Assembly: GCA_963674595.2 (NCBI GenBank)
Contig: CAXXFV010000023.1
Span: 448,001 to 512,000 of the forward strand
DNA from: a bacterium
GTDB taxonomy: Bacteria; Zhuqueibacterota; Zhuqueibacteria; Residuimicrobiales; Krinioviventaceae
Reading direction: 5' to 3'
DNA length: 64,000 nucleotides
Position numbers and translations under genes: made by a program. Within the stretch, counting starts at the first letter, position 1, and the number at the start of each line of letters is the position of its first letter. This document shows, one piece after another, positions 1-10,289 of the stretch. Below the pieces are notes generated by a model that did no database searches, was not told the DNA's origin, and was given only the letters and a program-made list of their open reading frames with translations.

Positions 1-659
1 ATATAAAAAATCGTGTTCCGCTATTGGCTGCTATTTCTGATGTTTCCACTAAAAGAACGCTTGAAATGGGTAAAAAAATACAGGAGCTTGGAGCGGATTT
101 TCTTGTTACGACCACACCTTATTACTACTCGTTTCCGCATCCGGACAGTATCAAAGAGTTTATCCAGGTACTTGCTGAAAATTTGCAAACACCTTTGGTT
201 TTTTACAATTGTCCGGGAGCAACCGGTAACAAGGTGGACCTGGAAACAATGGACTATATTATGAATGTTCCGCAGATTGCGGCCGTCAAAGATTCCAGCG
301 GAAATATGGCCATGGTGCTGGAATTATTGAGACGCTATCCCAAAGATGAAACCAGACCGTGCCGTATTTTGCAGGGAGATGAATCGGTCTATGATGTCAG
401 TCTGCTGATGGGAGCCGACGGTGTGGTTACAGGCGGCGGGACGGTTTTTGTAAGCTTGCTGGTTGAACTTTATCAGGCTGCCATAATAGAGGACAAAAAA
501 CGTGCGTTTCGGTTGCAGCAAGAGTTTCGCAAAAAAATGGATGATATGCTGGGCCCGGAATTACTGATTGACTGGGTTTATGCCATTAAAAAACAGCTTG
601 CCGATAAGGGCCTTTGCAGTGACAACCTGACCAGTCCATTTTTAAAACGAAAAAAGTAA
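1..659 (+). CDS. Dihydrodipicolinate synthase / N-acetylneuraminate lyase family aldolase (5' truncated by window edge)
   Basis: Frame is open from the window start (IKNRVPLLAAISD...). Motifs TTPYY, FYNCP..TG and the Schiff-base lysine motif VKDSSG, plus GADGVVTG. Confidence 0.85.
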   Translation, partial: IKNRVPLLAAISDVSTKRTLEMGKKIQELGADFLVTTTPYYYSFPHPDSIKEFIQVLAENLQTPLVFYNCPGATGNKVDLETMDYIMNVPQIAAVKDSSGNMAMVLELLRRYPKDETRPCRILQGDESVYDVSLLMGADGVVTGGGTVFVSLLVELYQAAIIEDKKRAFRLQQEFRKKMDDMLGPELLIDWVYAIKKQLADKGLCSDNLTSPFLKRKK

Positions 660-660
660 C

Positions 661-1128
661 ATGACTGAAAAAATAAAAATATTGGACCAAAAAGCTTCTG
701 ACAATGAATATTTGCATAAAGATTTTCACGGTGCATTGGCCTATTCCATAAAATACCTGGAAGATGAGTTTGGACCCCAGGCCGTTAAAGAGTATTTGGT
801 ACAGGTTGCCGATAGTTATTTTGCACCATTGACGGATCAATTAAAAGATACCGGTTTATCCGCACTGGAAAATCATTTCAGGCAAATATTTGAAAAAGAG
901 GGGGGACAGGCCACATTTGAATATGATAAAGATGTTCTGGTTATTACGGTAAGCGAATGTCCGGCAATTACCCATCTTTTAAAAACAAATATGCTGTTTA
1001 CAGAACGGTTTTGCGAAACCACGAATGTTGTTAACGAAACGATCTGTCAACATGCCGGTTACAAGTGTTCCTGCCGATACGAACCGGGAAAAGGTACGTG
1101 TGTTCAGAAATTCTGGAAGGAGAAATAG
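661..1128 (+). CDS. Hypothetical Cys-rich protein, V4R / ATC-hydrolase-like fold (paralog A)
   Basis: 155 aa, 1 nt after the upstream stop. Pattern ECPAI...FCE...IC...C...C. Confidence 0.6.
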   Translation: MTEKIKILDQKASDNEYLHKDFHGALAYSIKYLEDEFGPQAVKEYLVQVADSYFAPLTDQLKDTGLSALENHFRQIFEKEGGQATFEYDKDVLVITVSECPAITHLLKTNMLFTERFCETTNVVNETICQHAGYKCSCRYEPGKGTCVQKFWKEK

Positions 1129-1131
1129 ATT

Positions 1132-1569
1132 ATGATATCCTGTACGGAATTTATCCCGGCCTATAGCGAACTTTTTAAATATTTACATGAAAAGGGAGGA
1201 AAAGACGCTGTTGTCAAATTTTGGGAAAATTTGTCGGATGCTTTTTTAGGGAACCTGAGGGAACTGGTCATTGAAAACGGAATTCGCGGTTGTTACGAGT
1301 ATTGGAGCCATACCTTGACGGAAGAGGCCGCTGATTTTAGAATGACGCTTGATGAGGAAAAGGGCCTGTTCCAAATAGAAATGCGCCATTGTCCCAGTAA
1401 AGGGCGTCTGCTGCAAACCGATCATATACAGAGTTATAAATATTATTGTGAACATTGTGATCTTTTATATCGCCGTGTTTTGGAGCCTTTGGGCTATGAA
1501 TATCATGTCGACCTCGGTCACTGCGAGCAGGCCAAGTGTTTGCTAACAGTGAGAAAAAAGATTAATTAA
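1132..1569 (+). CDS. Hypothetical Cys-rich protein, V4R / ATC-hydrolase-like fold (paralog B)
   Basis: 145 aa, RBS AGGAG upstream. Pattern HCPSK...YCEHC...C...C with a layout parallel to the upstream gene. Confidence 0.6.
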   Translation: MISCTEFIPAYSELFKYLHEKGGKDAVVKFWENLSDAFLGNLRELVIENGIRGCYEYWSHTLTEEAADFRMTLDEEKGLFQIEMRHCPSKGRLLQTDHIQSYKYYCEHCDLLYRRVLEPLGYEYHVDLGHCEQAKCLLTVRKKIN

Positions 1570-1587
1570 TTGAACAACAGGTGTTAT

Positions 1588-2370
1588 ATGCATGTTAAAG
1601 AGTTGTTAAGTTTAAAGAATAAAGTCGTCCTTGTTACCGGCGGTGCGGGGCGTTACGGCAAACCGATTGTGGAAGGTTTGGCTGAAGCCGACGGGACCGT
1701 TATAACCGCTTCACGTAACCTGGAAGCCGGGGAAAAAGTGGCCTCTGAATTTCGTCAGCAGAATTATGACGTCCATGCTTTGCAGGTCGATCAGGCCGAC
1801 CATGATTCGGTTATAGAGCTTAAGAAGAACATTCAGGAAAAATTCGGCCGCCTTGATGTTTTTATCAATAACGCTGTTGCCCGCCCTATGAAGGGTTATA
1901 ACGAACCGTTAGAAAACTGGCGGGAGTCCATGAACGTGAACGCTACCGGATCGTTCGACATTACCCGTGAAATGGCGGATTTGATGGCGTTGACCGGCGG
2001 CGGCACGATTGTGAATATCGCCTCCATGATGGGAATGTTTGGTCCGGATTTATCCAATTATGAAGGCACCAATATGGGTGATCCCCCACCGGATTATTTT
2101 TTCCACAAAGGCGGAATGATTACACTGACACGATACCTGGCCCGTGTGTTGGCAGATAAAAAAATCAGGGTAAACTGTATCAGTCCCGGCGGACTTTTAA
2201 CGGACTATGAACTTCCGGAACGGTTTTTGGAAAATTATAATAAAAAAGTACCGGTCGGCAGAATGGCAACCTATGATGATATTAAAGGCCTGGTTGTGTT
2301 TCTGTCTTCGGATGCGTCAGCCTATGTGAATGGGGAAAATATTTTAATGGATGGTGGTATGCATGCCTGA
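1588..2370 (+). CDS. Short-chain dehydrogenase/reductase (gluconate 5-dehydrogenase-like)
   Basis: TGGAGRYG cofactor loop, NNA, YFFHK (YxxxK), RVNCISPGG, DGG at the C-terminus. ATG 1588 preferred over TTG 1570. Confidence 0.85.
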   Translation: MHVKELLSLKNKVVLVTGGAGRYGKPIVEGLAEADGTVITASRNLEAGEKVASEFRQQNYDVHALQVDQADHDSVIELKKNIQEKFGRLDVFINNAVARPMKGYNEPLENWRESMNVNATGSFDITREMADLMALTGGGTIVNIASMMGMFGPDLSNYEGTNMGDPPPDYFFHKGGMITLTRYLARVLADKKIRVNCISPGGLLTDYELPERFLENYNKKVPVGRMATYDDIKGLVVFLSSDASAYVNGENILMDGGMHA

Positions 2371-2400
2371 CATGCATACCATAAAATTCTTTTAATAAAA

Positions 2401-3837
2401 TTACTCTTTAACCAATAATGCCACCACTTCAACGTGGGCCGTATGCGGAAACATGTCAACCGGTTGTAGTTTTAACAATTTGTATCCGTCTTCTGCAAGC
2501 TCTTTAATATCTCTTGCCAGCGTTGTCGGATTGCATGAGACGTGCACAATACGCTGCGGAGCAAGTCTTTTTATCGCCTGTACGGTTTTTGGGTGCATCC
2601 CGGCCCTTGGCGGATCGATGATTAAAACATCCGGCTTGCCATACCGGCTTGTAATTTCATCTGTCTCTTCAATCTGATTTTTCAGATCACCGAGGACAAA
2701 TTCACAATTTTTAACCTGATTTAATGCTGCGTTTTTTTCTGCATTTTGCACAGCCGATTCAATCGCTTCAAAACCGACTACTTTATTGACATAATTGCTC
2801 ATATACAGTGAAATTGTACCGGCCCCGCAATATAGATCATATACGGTTTCATTGCCTTTAAATTCAGCATAGTCCAGCACAACGTCGTACAGCTTTTCAG
2901 CTTGTTTTGTGTTGGTTTGAAAAAACGAGTTACCGGAAATTTCAAAAATATAATTGCCCAGTTTTTCGTAAATAACAGGTTTGCCGTGTAACACATATTC
3001 TGCTTCACTGAATGCGACACTTGCCTTGCTTTTGGTGGTGCTGAACAATAAACTGGTTATCTGCGGAAACTGTTTCAACAATTCTGTTTTAAGCAATTCT
3101 GCAATTTCTTTGTCATATTTGGATGCAACAATATTCACCATCAGATCATCCGTATTTGCACTTTTCCGAATGACGAGGAAACGCCAAAATCCGGTATGGT
3201 CCTGGGTGCTATAGGCCGGATATATACTTGATGCAGCAATGGAACGCACTTTACTCAAAATTTGTGCAATAACCGGTTCTGCCAGGTGACATTCCTTTAA
3301 ATCGATAACTTTTTCATAAAATCCACGGGCATGCATTCCCAAAAAATAACCTTCTTTATCAAGCGGTTCTCCGGATTCTATTTCTTTTTGGGTAATCCAG
3401 CGCTGCCGTGCAAAGGAAAATTCCATTTTGTTACGGTAATAAAATGTGTTCACTGAGGGCAAGGTTGGTGAAAATTCAAAACCGGAAAAACCTCCCAACC
3501 TTGTTATAATATCTTTAACCTGTTCGGTTTTGGTTTTAATTTGTTCGGCATATTGATAATGCTGAGTAACGCAGCCACCGCAGTCTAAAAAATGTGAACA
3601 TATTGGTTCCACATAATCATCTGATTGTTGTATAACGTCCAGAATTCTGGCAACAGCATAGCTTTTTCTTTTTTTAACGATTCGAACGGTGAGTTGTTGG
3701 CCGGGAACAGCATGATCAATAAATATAACAAAATCATTTATTTTTGCTACCCCCTGTCCGCCAAAAGCCAGAGATTCCACGGTTAATTCCAGTTCCTGGC
3801 CTTTTTTTACATTTGGTAATACTAGATCATTGGTCAT
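2401..3837 (-). CDS. rlmD: 23S rRNA (uracil(1939)-C5)-methyltransferase RlmD
   Basis: N-terminal TRAM domain, CSHFLDCGGC Fe-S motif, YRNKMEF, SFFQTN, DLYCGAG, DPPRAG, VSCNP, DMFPHTAHVE. Confidence 0.93.
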   Translation of the reverse strand: MTNDLVLPNVKKGQELELTVESLAFGGQGVAKINDFVIFIDHAVPGQQLTVRIVKKRKSYAVARILDVIQQSDDYVEPICSHFLDCGGCVTQHYQYAEQIKTKTEQVKDIITRLGGFSGFEFSPTLPSVNTFYYRNKMEFSFARQRWITQKEIESGEPLDKEGYFLGMHARGFYEKVIDLKECHLAEPVIAQILSKVRSIAASSIYPAYSTQDHTGFWRFLVIRKSANTDDLMVNIVASKYDKEIAELLKTELLKQFPQITSLLFSTTKSKASVAFSEAEYVLHGKPVIYEKLGNYIFEISGNSFFQTNTKQAEKLYDVVLDYAEFKGNETVYDLYCGAGTISLYMSNYVNKVVGFEAIESAVQNAEKNAALNQVKNCEFVLGDLKNQIEETDEITSRYGKPDVLIIDPPRAGMHPKTVQAIKRLAPQRIVHVSCNPTTLARDIKELAEDGYKLLKLQPVDMFPHTAHVEVVALLVKE

Positions 3838-3853
3838 TAAATATAATTCATCC

Positions 3854-4423
3854 TTAATTATCTTTTAATATTCGTCTGATGCCTGTCAATTGCTCCTGGT
3901 ATGGACCGGCTGATAATTTGGACAGTGTGACCCCCTGGCTTGTTGAAGCGTGAACAAAACGGTCATTTGCAATATAAATACCGACATGGTCCGGTTCTCT
4001 ATCGTTGTTGTTATTAAAAAACACCAGATCACCGAATTTTAAGTTTTTTTGTTGTATGGACATGCCAAGTTTAAAAAGCTGTGAGGTACTGTGCGGTAAA
4101 GAAATTCCGGCAGCATTTTGATAAACAGCCATTACAAAACCGGAACAGTCCACACCCTGAGGCGTTTCGCCGCCCCATACATAGGGCGCTCCCCAGAATT
4201 TTTGGATCTCTTTTTTCACATTTTCAAAAAAATCGGCTTTTTTTGAAAATAACTTTCCATCAGGCAGGTCGGATTCCTCCGTAACAGGTTCCTGTTCATA
4301 GCCCGGGTTTTGCTTCCGCTCCCAGGTTTGCCGGTCCCTTTGCACGTGTTGAACAGCACATTGTGAAATAAAGAGGGCCGTAAAAATTAAAAAAAACAGA
4401 GTATAAGATTTTCTTAACAACAT
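3854..4423 (-). CDS. NlpC/P60 family peptidoglycan endopeptidase, probable lipoprotein
   Basis: PYVWGG, GVDCSG, GDLVFF, HVGIY and FVHAS motifs. Signal peptide ending in ISQC. Confidence 0.9.
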   Translation of the reverse strand: MLLRKSYTLFFLIFTALFISQCAVQHVQRDRQTWERKQNPGYEQEPVTEESDLPDGKLFSKKADFFENVKKEIQKFWGAPYVWGGETPQGVDCSGFVMAVYQNAAGISLPHSTSQLFKLGMSIQQKNLKFGDLVFFNNNNDREPDHVGIYIANDRFVHASTSQGVTLSKLSAGPYQEQLTGIRRILKDN

Positions 4424-4571
4424 TGTATCTTCCTATTTTTTATTTTTCTATAAAGTAATTTATACAACGTTAACTATCAAGAAAAATATATTTGCCATAA
4501 TTTTTGCTTGACTTTTGACTTATTTAACTTAAATTTAAGCAGTTGTTGTTCTTTATCATCTAGAGATATTC

Positions 4572-5075
4572 ATGGAAAATATATTTTTATTTATTAAACA
4601 AAATTTACCCTGTCCTATTTATCTAATACTTGGTTCAATAGTTTTTGTGCTTTTTTTTATTTTTCTTAAAAAGAGAACAAAGTTTATAAAAGCATCTTTT
4701 TTCAGTTTGATAATAGGAATCGCAGGGGTCTATGCTTCAGAATATTATATTCAGAAAAAATGGCCGCAAATTGATCAGGATTTATGTGGTGAAAAAGCTA
4801 AAAAGTATAATTTATCATTTTTTCGATACGACACCAATCCTTCGAATAATGACTATATTAAAAAGGACTTGACGGTTCCTGAACTTAAATTATTAGACAG
4901 GGTCCTTTTACTTGAAAAAAGAAAATCCGGTTTAAACCTTTCAGATGTAGATTTACAGAGCGTTGCCCGAAATAACAGGAGAGTTATGCTGGCTTATGAA
5001 CGCTGGTGTGAGTGCAAACTTTTAATGCGGTCTAATCATCATGTTTTCTATCCTGATGAGCGAGCTTATTATTAA
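4572..5075 (+). CDS. Hypothetical membrane protein
   Basis: 167-aa ORF with two N-terminal hydrophobic segments. No recognised motif. Confidence 0.55.
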   Translation: MENIFLFIKQNLPCPIYLILGSIVFVLFFIFLKKRTKFIKASFFSLIIGIAGVYASEYYIQKKWPQIDQDLCGEKAKKYNLSFFRYDTNPSNNDYIKKDLTVPELKLLDRVLLLEKRKSGLNLSDVDLQSVARNNRRVMLAYERWCECKLLMRSNHHVFYPDERAYY

Positions 5076-5129
5076 CAATCTGTTATGTTAACGGAATATA
5101 CGGGAACAAAATTTCCCGAAAGGAGTTAT

Positions 5130-5153
5130 AACCCGAGGCCTTTCGGGTTTTTT
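5130..5153 (+). terminator. Probable intrinsic terminator
   Basis: AACCCGA-ggcctt-TCGGGTT followed by a T-run. Confidence 0.55.
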
Positions 5154-5180
5154 CATTTAACCAAGCCTAGTTGAGGCATT

Positions 5181-6104
5181 ATGAAATTTTCCAGATTATT
5201 ATTTTTGAATTTGTTTTTGTTTTCAGTTGTTTTCTCTCAACAAACCAGAAATCCAAAATTAGTTATTTCCTATCTTTCAAGTATTGGGCAAACTGGAGAA
5301 AATCCGGGACAATTTTTAAAACCCGCCGGAATCGCCATTGATCCAAAAGGGAATATTTATATCGCCGATACGGATAATCATCGAATTCAAAAATTTGATC
5401 AGCAGGGGAAATTGCTGTTTTTTATCGGTGGGTTCGGATGGGAAAGAGAACAATTTCAATATCCTGTTGATATTTGCGCCAATAATACGTTGGATGTATT
5501 TGTTGCCGATTATGAAAATCAGAGAATTGAAAGATATGACAGGGATCTGAACTGGATTGCCTCTATTTATACGGATCCTTCTTTGGATGAACGTTTGCAA
5601 TTGGGGTTTATAAACTCTGTTGATTACAGCCGGCACGGTGAATTGTTTGCGGTAGACAGCGAAAATAAACGAATTCTAAAATTTAATACACTTCAGGAAC
5701 CCGTTTCCAGTTATGGAGATTATGACTGGGGACAAGGTGTTTTAACAGATCCTGTTAAAATTTGTGTGGGACCGGATGATATGATTTATGTCTCTGATCG
5801 CGGCGACGGGCGAATTTTTGTATATGATTATTATGGAAATTTTTTACACACAATCGGTGATGAAATTTTAAAATCACCATCTGGTTTGTTTTTATACAAT
5901 ACTATTCTATTTGTTACAGATACGGAACTGAATAAAATTTTTGCTTTCCAGACATCGGGACAGAAAATTTTTGAATTTGGTGCGCCGGGAGATAAAATCG
6001 GTGCATTTCAAAATCCAGGAGATATTGCATTCTATCAGAATAAACTCTATGTTGCAGATACAGATAATAACCGTATCCAGATTTTTAACCTTACTATTCA
6101 ATAA
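5181..6104 (+). CDS. Secreted NHL-repeat (6-bladed beta-propeller) protein
   Basis: Signal peptide and repeated F..P.GIA.D..GNIYIADT.NHRIQKF units. Confidence 0.88.
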   Translation: MKFSRLLFLNLFLFSVVFSQQTRNPKLVISYLSSIGQTGENPGQFLKPAGIAIDPKGNIYIADTDNHRIQKFDQQGKLLFFIGGFGWEREQFQYPVDICANNTLDVFVADYENQRIERYDRDLNWIASIYTDPSLDERLQLGFINSVDYSRHGELFAVDSENKRILKFNTLQEPVSSYGDYDWGQGVLTDPVKICVGPDDMIYVSDRGDGRIFVYDYYGNFLHTIGDEILKSPSGLFLYNTILFVTDTELNKIFAFQTSGQKIFEFGAPGDKIGAFQNPGDIAFYQNKLYVADTDNNRIQIFNLTIQ

Positions 6105-6125
6105 ACCGGAAATAAAAATACAATT

Positions 6126-9100
6126 GTGGTAACAACAAAACTCATACGATATTTACTGCCGTTTTTTTTTGCATGTTCACTTTTTGCCCAAACCAAGGGG
6201 AAACTGGAAACAATCAGTTTGTTTGAAAAAGAGGTGTTCCTTCGTGGTGAAGACCGCCGGGGACCCTATTTTTTGCCGGACAGTTTGATTATTCAGGGCT
6301 CTGAAAAAGTTTTTATCGACAACAATCTGCTGCAAACCGATGAATATGAAATGGATTATATTCATGGTGAAATCCGTTTTCCTGTTTCCGTGCCTGCCGG
6401 TGCGGAAATTCGGTTGAGCTATAAAAAATCTCCCTATATTTTTCAAAAAGAATATTATCATCACAAACTGATAAGACGCGTATTTGGTGCGCCGACTGAA
6501 TCGGTGGATATGAGATTCAAACCGAAAAACGAAGAAGAGGATATTGCCGCTCAACTCACCAAAAGCGGAAGTATTACCCGTGGCGTCACCGTCGGATCAA
6601 ATCGTGGTTTAAAGGTGAATTCCAGTTTGAACATTAATGTCAGTGGAAAGGTCGCGGAAAATGTAGAGGTCGTTGCCGCGTTGACAGACCAGTCCACACC
6701 GATTCAGCCTGAAGGAACGACCCAGAACCTTCAGGAAATTGATAAAGTTTTTGTTCAGATTAAGGCACCGAATGTTTCGGCAACCATGGGAGATTTTAAT
6801 CTTGAATATTCATCAACCCAGTTTGCCGGTTACAGCCGAAAACTTCAGGGCGCTATGGGTAAAGTTGAATATGATCATTACAATGTTACTGTTTCCGGCG
6901 CTGTTTCCCGTGGAAAATATTATTCCATGTCTTTCCTTGGCTCGGAAGGGAACCAGGGACCTTATCAGTTACAGGGCGACCGGGGACAGATTGATATTAT
7001 TGTATTGGCCGGAACAGAACGTGTGTTTATCGACGGTGAGGCAATGGTGCGCGGAGAAACCAATGATTATATTATTGATTATGCTTCCGGGCAAATTACA
7101 TTTTCCCGTAGACGGTTAATTACCTCCGATTCCAGAATTGTTGTTGATTTTCAGTATTCTGATGAAAAATTTAAACGAAATTTATATTCTGCCAATGCCA
7201 ATACCAGCTTATGGGATGGAAAGTTTAAATTCGGTACCACTCTATTACGGGAATCTGACGACAAAGAAAATCCATTGGATTTTACATTAACCGACGAAAA
7301 ACGGGAGGTCCTTGCACAAGCCGGCGATGAAAGCAATAATGCAGTATTGAACGGAGCTACCTATGTCGGTAAAGGAAACGGACGTTATATTTTAAACACA
7401 GACAGTGCGTTTGTTTATGTCGGTCCGGATTCCGGTGATTATACTGTTGTGTTTTCCGATGTGGGAGAGGGCAAGGGTGATTACCTTTATAAAGGCGGCG
7501 GTATTTATGAATATGCCGGAAAAAATGACGGACGTTATGCACCGGTGGTTTTATTACCCACGGCAAAAAGCCATAGTGTTCTGGACTTTGATATGGCATT
7601 ATCGCCGGTATCGTTTTTTAGCATCAACAGCGAAATTGCCGTCAGCAGTCTGGATAATAACCTGTACTCGAAAATTGATGACAATGATAACCAGGGTTAT
7701 GCCCAAAACTGGACTGTTTCGTTAAAGCCCAATTCTCTCAGGTTTTTGGGTAAAAACTGGGGCGCTTTAAATGTTAAAGGCAATTATCGTAAAATTGATG
7801 ACCAGTTTAACGACATTGACCGGACCAATGAAGTTGAGTATAATCGCAAATGGGATATAGGCAGCAGCCAAAGCAGAGAGGAAATCGTTAAGGAAACATC
7901 AGTACTTTATGAACCGATAAAAGACCTTGCTTTTGGCGGAGAACTTGGGGCAATCGACAAAGGCTCTTATTTTTCTTCCAACAGATGGTCGGCTTCCAGC
8001 CGTTTGGCGCGGAAAAATATTCCGTCTTTTAATTATAAAGTTGAAGATATTAATAAAAATGATAAAAATAATCAGCAAACCAGTGACTGGCTGCGGCAAA
8101 AGGGACAGGCAGAATATAGTTTTTGGAAAATAAAACCGTCCGTAGCTTTTGAAGGCGAAATTAAAAAAGAAAACTGGTCTGATTCTGTTTACACCGGATT
8201 TCGATTTGAAAATTTTACCGGCGGGCTGGAGGCAAGGCCATTTTCTAAATTGACGGCTTTTGCCAAATTTTCACAGCGTCAGGACTCGGACTATTTGGGA
8301 AATAATCTTTTCGAAAAAGTATCAACAGCGACAACACAAAATTATCAACTTCAATTACAACGGTATAAATCACTTACTGCTTCTTTTGAATTTACACATC
8401 GGGAAAAAAGTTATACAAATCCGGAGACCAGTAATCAGCGTACTGATTTGGCGGAAATTCGTCTACAATCGACTCCCTGGAAAAGGGCTGTTCAGGCAAA
8501 TATGATCTATCAGATTTCAAATACAGCTACCGCGCAAAAAGAACGTGTCTATATCCAGGTCAGCCAGGGAGATGGAAATTATCGTTTTGACGAGGAATTG
8601 AACGAATATGTGAATGATCCGTTGGGTGATTATATCATGCGGATTTTGACAACAGACCAATTTATACCTGTTGTGGAATTGAAAACAAGCTCCCGAATTC
8701 GTTTAACACCCAAACTTTTGTTTAGTTCAAAGTCAAAAAATACTAAAAAAAAGCTATCTCTGTGGAAACGATCAATACAGGCCCTGTCGTCTGAAACCTA
8801 TATCGCTTTGGAGGAGAACACGCAGGAGGATGATGTTTGGGATATTTATTTGTTAAAATTGTCAAAATTTCGACAACCGAACACAACAATTTTTGGTAAT
8901 ATGCTTTTTCGTCAGGATCTCCATATTTTTGAAAATAACCGGGATTTTTCCATTCGGTTACGGCACCAAAATCGTGATGAAAAAAATAATCAATACCTGG
9001 AAGGCGGCCAGGACCGGATAGAAAACAAGAATGCTGCCAGAATTACCGCCCGATTGAGTAAAAAGTTCAGCAGCCAAACCGAGTTGACACAAAAGCGGAC

Positions 9101-9548
9101 GGCACGGATTTTTAATATCAGCGGACGACAAGACCGTGATATTTATGCAACCATTTTAAACACTGATATTTCTTTCAGGCCCAAGGCCCCGCTTGAACTT
9201 GCTTTGGAGGGCCGTTCGTCCTGGGAAGAGGACCGTTTTTATGAAACACCGACAGAGGTTCGGGCCTATGCTCTGATACCGCGTGTGAATTATTCTTTTC
9301 GTGGTAAGGGCCGGTTAAGGACCGAATTTGAGTGGAGCCACGTAACGGCAACACCAAATGACAGACTCATTCCCTATGAAATGGCTGACGGCAGAAGTAT
9401 CGGGAGTTCCGTTCGCTGGGACGTTCGTTTTGATTATCGTATTTCTCAAACTATTCAGGCTTCGTTTTCCTATACCGGACGAAATGAACCGGAACGAGAT
9501 AGAACCATACATACGGCCCGTGCACAGGTGACAGCCGCGTTTCACTAG
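6126..9548 (+). CDS. Large hypothetical outer-membrane protein (1140 aa) with SprA-like N-terminal repeats
   Basis: Signal peptide. Two GSE/GTE-x-VFID...Y..DY..G.I.F repeats. Long amphipathic beta-strand-rich C-terminal part ending AQVTAAFH. Confidence 0.65.
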   Translation: MVTTKLIRYLLPFFFACSLFAQTKGKLETISLFEKEVFLRGEDRRGPYFLPDSLIIQGSEKVFIDNNLLQTDEYEMDYIHGEIRFPVSVPAGAEIRLSYKKSPYIFQKEYYHHKLIRRVFGAPTESVDMRFKPKNEEEDIAAQLTKSGSITRGVTVGSNRGLKVNSSLNINVSGKVAENVEVVAALTDQSTPIQPEGTTQNLQEIDKVFVQIKAPNVSATMGDFNLEYSSTQFAGYSRKLQGAMGKVEYDHYNVTVSGAVSRGKYYSMSFLGSEGNQGPYQLQGDRGQIDIIVLAGTERVFIDGEAMVRGETNDYIIDYASGQITFSRRRLITSDSRIVVDFQYSDEKFKRNLYSANANTSLWDGKFKFGTTLLRESDDKENPLDFTLTDEKREVLAQAGDESNNAVLNGATYVGKGNGRYILNTDSAFVYVGPDSGDYTVVFSDVGEGKGDYLYKGGGIYEYAGKNDGRYAPVVLLPTAKSHSVLDFDMALSPVSFFSINSEIAVSSLDNNLYSKIDDNDNQGYAQNWTVSLKPNSLRFLGKNWGALNVKGNYRKIDDQFNDIDRTNEVEYNRKWDIGSSQSREEIVKETSVLYEPIKDLAFGGELGAIDKGSYFSSNRWSASSRLARKNIPSFNYKVEDINKNDKNNQQTSDWLRQKGQAEYSFWKIKPSVAFEGEIKKENWSDSVYTGFRFENFTGGLEARPFSKLTAFAKFSQRQDSDYLGNNLFEKVSTATTQNYQLQLQRYKSLTASFEFTHREKSYTNPETSNQRTDLAEIRLQSTPWKRAVQANMIYQISNTATAQKERVYIQVSQGDGNYRFDEELNEYVNDPLGDYIMRILTTDQFIPVVELKTSSRIRLTPKLLFSSKSKNTKKKLSLWKRSIQALSSETYIALEENTQEDDVWDIYLLKLSKFRQPNTTIFGNMLFRQDLHIFENNRDFSIRLRHQNRDEKNNQYLEGGQDRIENKNAARITARLSKKFSSQTELTQKRTARIFNISGRQDRDIYATILNTDISFRPKAPLELALEGRSSWEEDRFYETPTEVRAYALIPRVNYSFRGKGRLRTEFEWSHVTATPNDRLIPYEMADGRSIGSSVRWDVRFDYRISQTIQASFSYTGRNEPERDRTIHTARAQVTAAFH

Positions 9549-9572
9549 TTGAAATTTAATCAGGAGTAAGTT

Positions 9573-10286
9573 GTGATGAATTTATCTGCAAGATGGCAAA
9601 AAGCCCAACAGTATGAAAAGCAGTGGTGGGAGGACCGAATAGACGCTATTGATACCGATTTTTATAAGGCCTATGCGCAGGATTTGATGGCTGAACTTGA
9701 TGGGATAATGGAATTTGATGAAAACACACGAATCCTGGAGGTCGGCAGTGGTGCCGCTGGAATAATTACCTACTTGCCTGGAAATTTTCGTTGTGCCATT
9801 GATCCTCTTGAAGATTTTTATGGGACCGTGCTCAAGTTTACCAAAAACAGGGACCCAAAAGTCAGGTATTCCACAGGTAAAGGCGAGTCCTTACAATTTG
9901 ATGATCAATGTATGGATTTGGTAATAATTGATAATGTTTTGGACCACTGCGAGGACGTTAAACAGGTTTTTTTGGAAATGTTTCGTGTTTTGGATGTAAA
10001 TGGAATTGTTTATCTGCGGTTAAATACCTATAACAAATGGGGTAAATTTATTCGCGTTATTGTCGAATTGTTTCAGATTGATGAAGGGCATCCTTATACT
10101 TTTTCAGTCAAAAATTTACGGATCCTTTTTCAAGATAGCGGATTTACGGTAGTCAAGCATAAAAGCGCTGGTTTTTTCAATATTTGGCTGAAACAAGTTC
10201 GTTCGAAAAAAATAAAAGAATGGGCCAAGGCTGTTTTGTTGGCTGTGCCGGACAAGTCTTTATTTGTATTAAAAAAACAAAATTAA
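9573..10286 (+). CDS. Class I SAM-dependent methyltransferase
   Basis: ILEVGSGAAG motif I, GESLQF, NVLDH. RBS AGGAG upstream. Confidence 0.85.
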   Translation: MMNLSARWQKAQQYEKQWWEDRIDAIDTDFYKAYAQDLMAELDGIMEFDENTRILEVGSGAAGIITYLPGNFRCAIDPLEDFYGTVLKFTKNRDPKVRYSTGKGESLQFDDQCMDLVIIDNVLDHCEDVKQVFLEMFRVLDVNGIVYLRLNTYNKWGKFIRVIVELFQIDEGHPYTFSVKNLRILFQDSGFTVVKHKSAGFFNIWLKQVRSKKIKEWAKAVLLAVPDKSLFVLKKQN

Positions 10287-10289
10287 AAC

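Noticed and set aside
5053-5125. Hammerhead-like core words CTGATGAG ... GAAA
   Set aside because: Stem II cannot be formed between the two words, no stems I or III were found, and CTGATGAG lies inside a coding frame.
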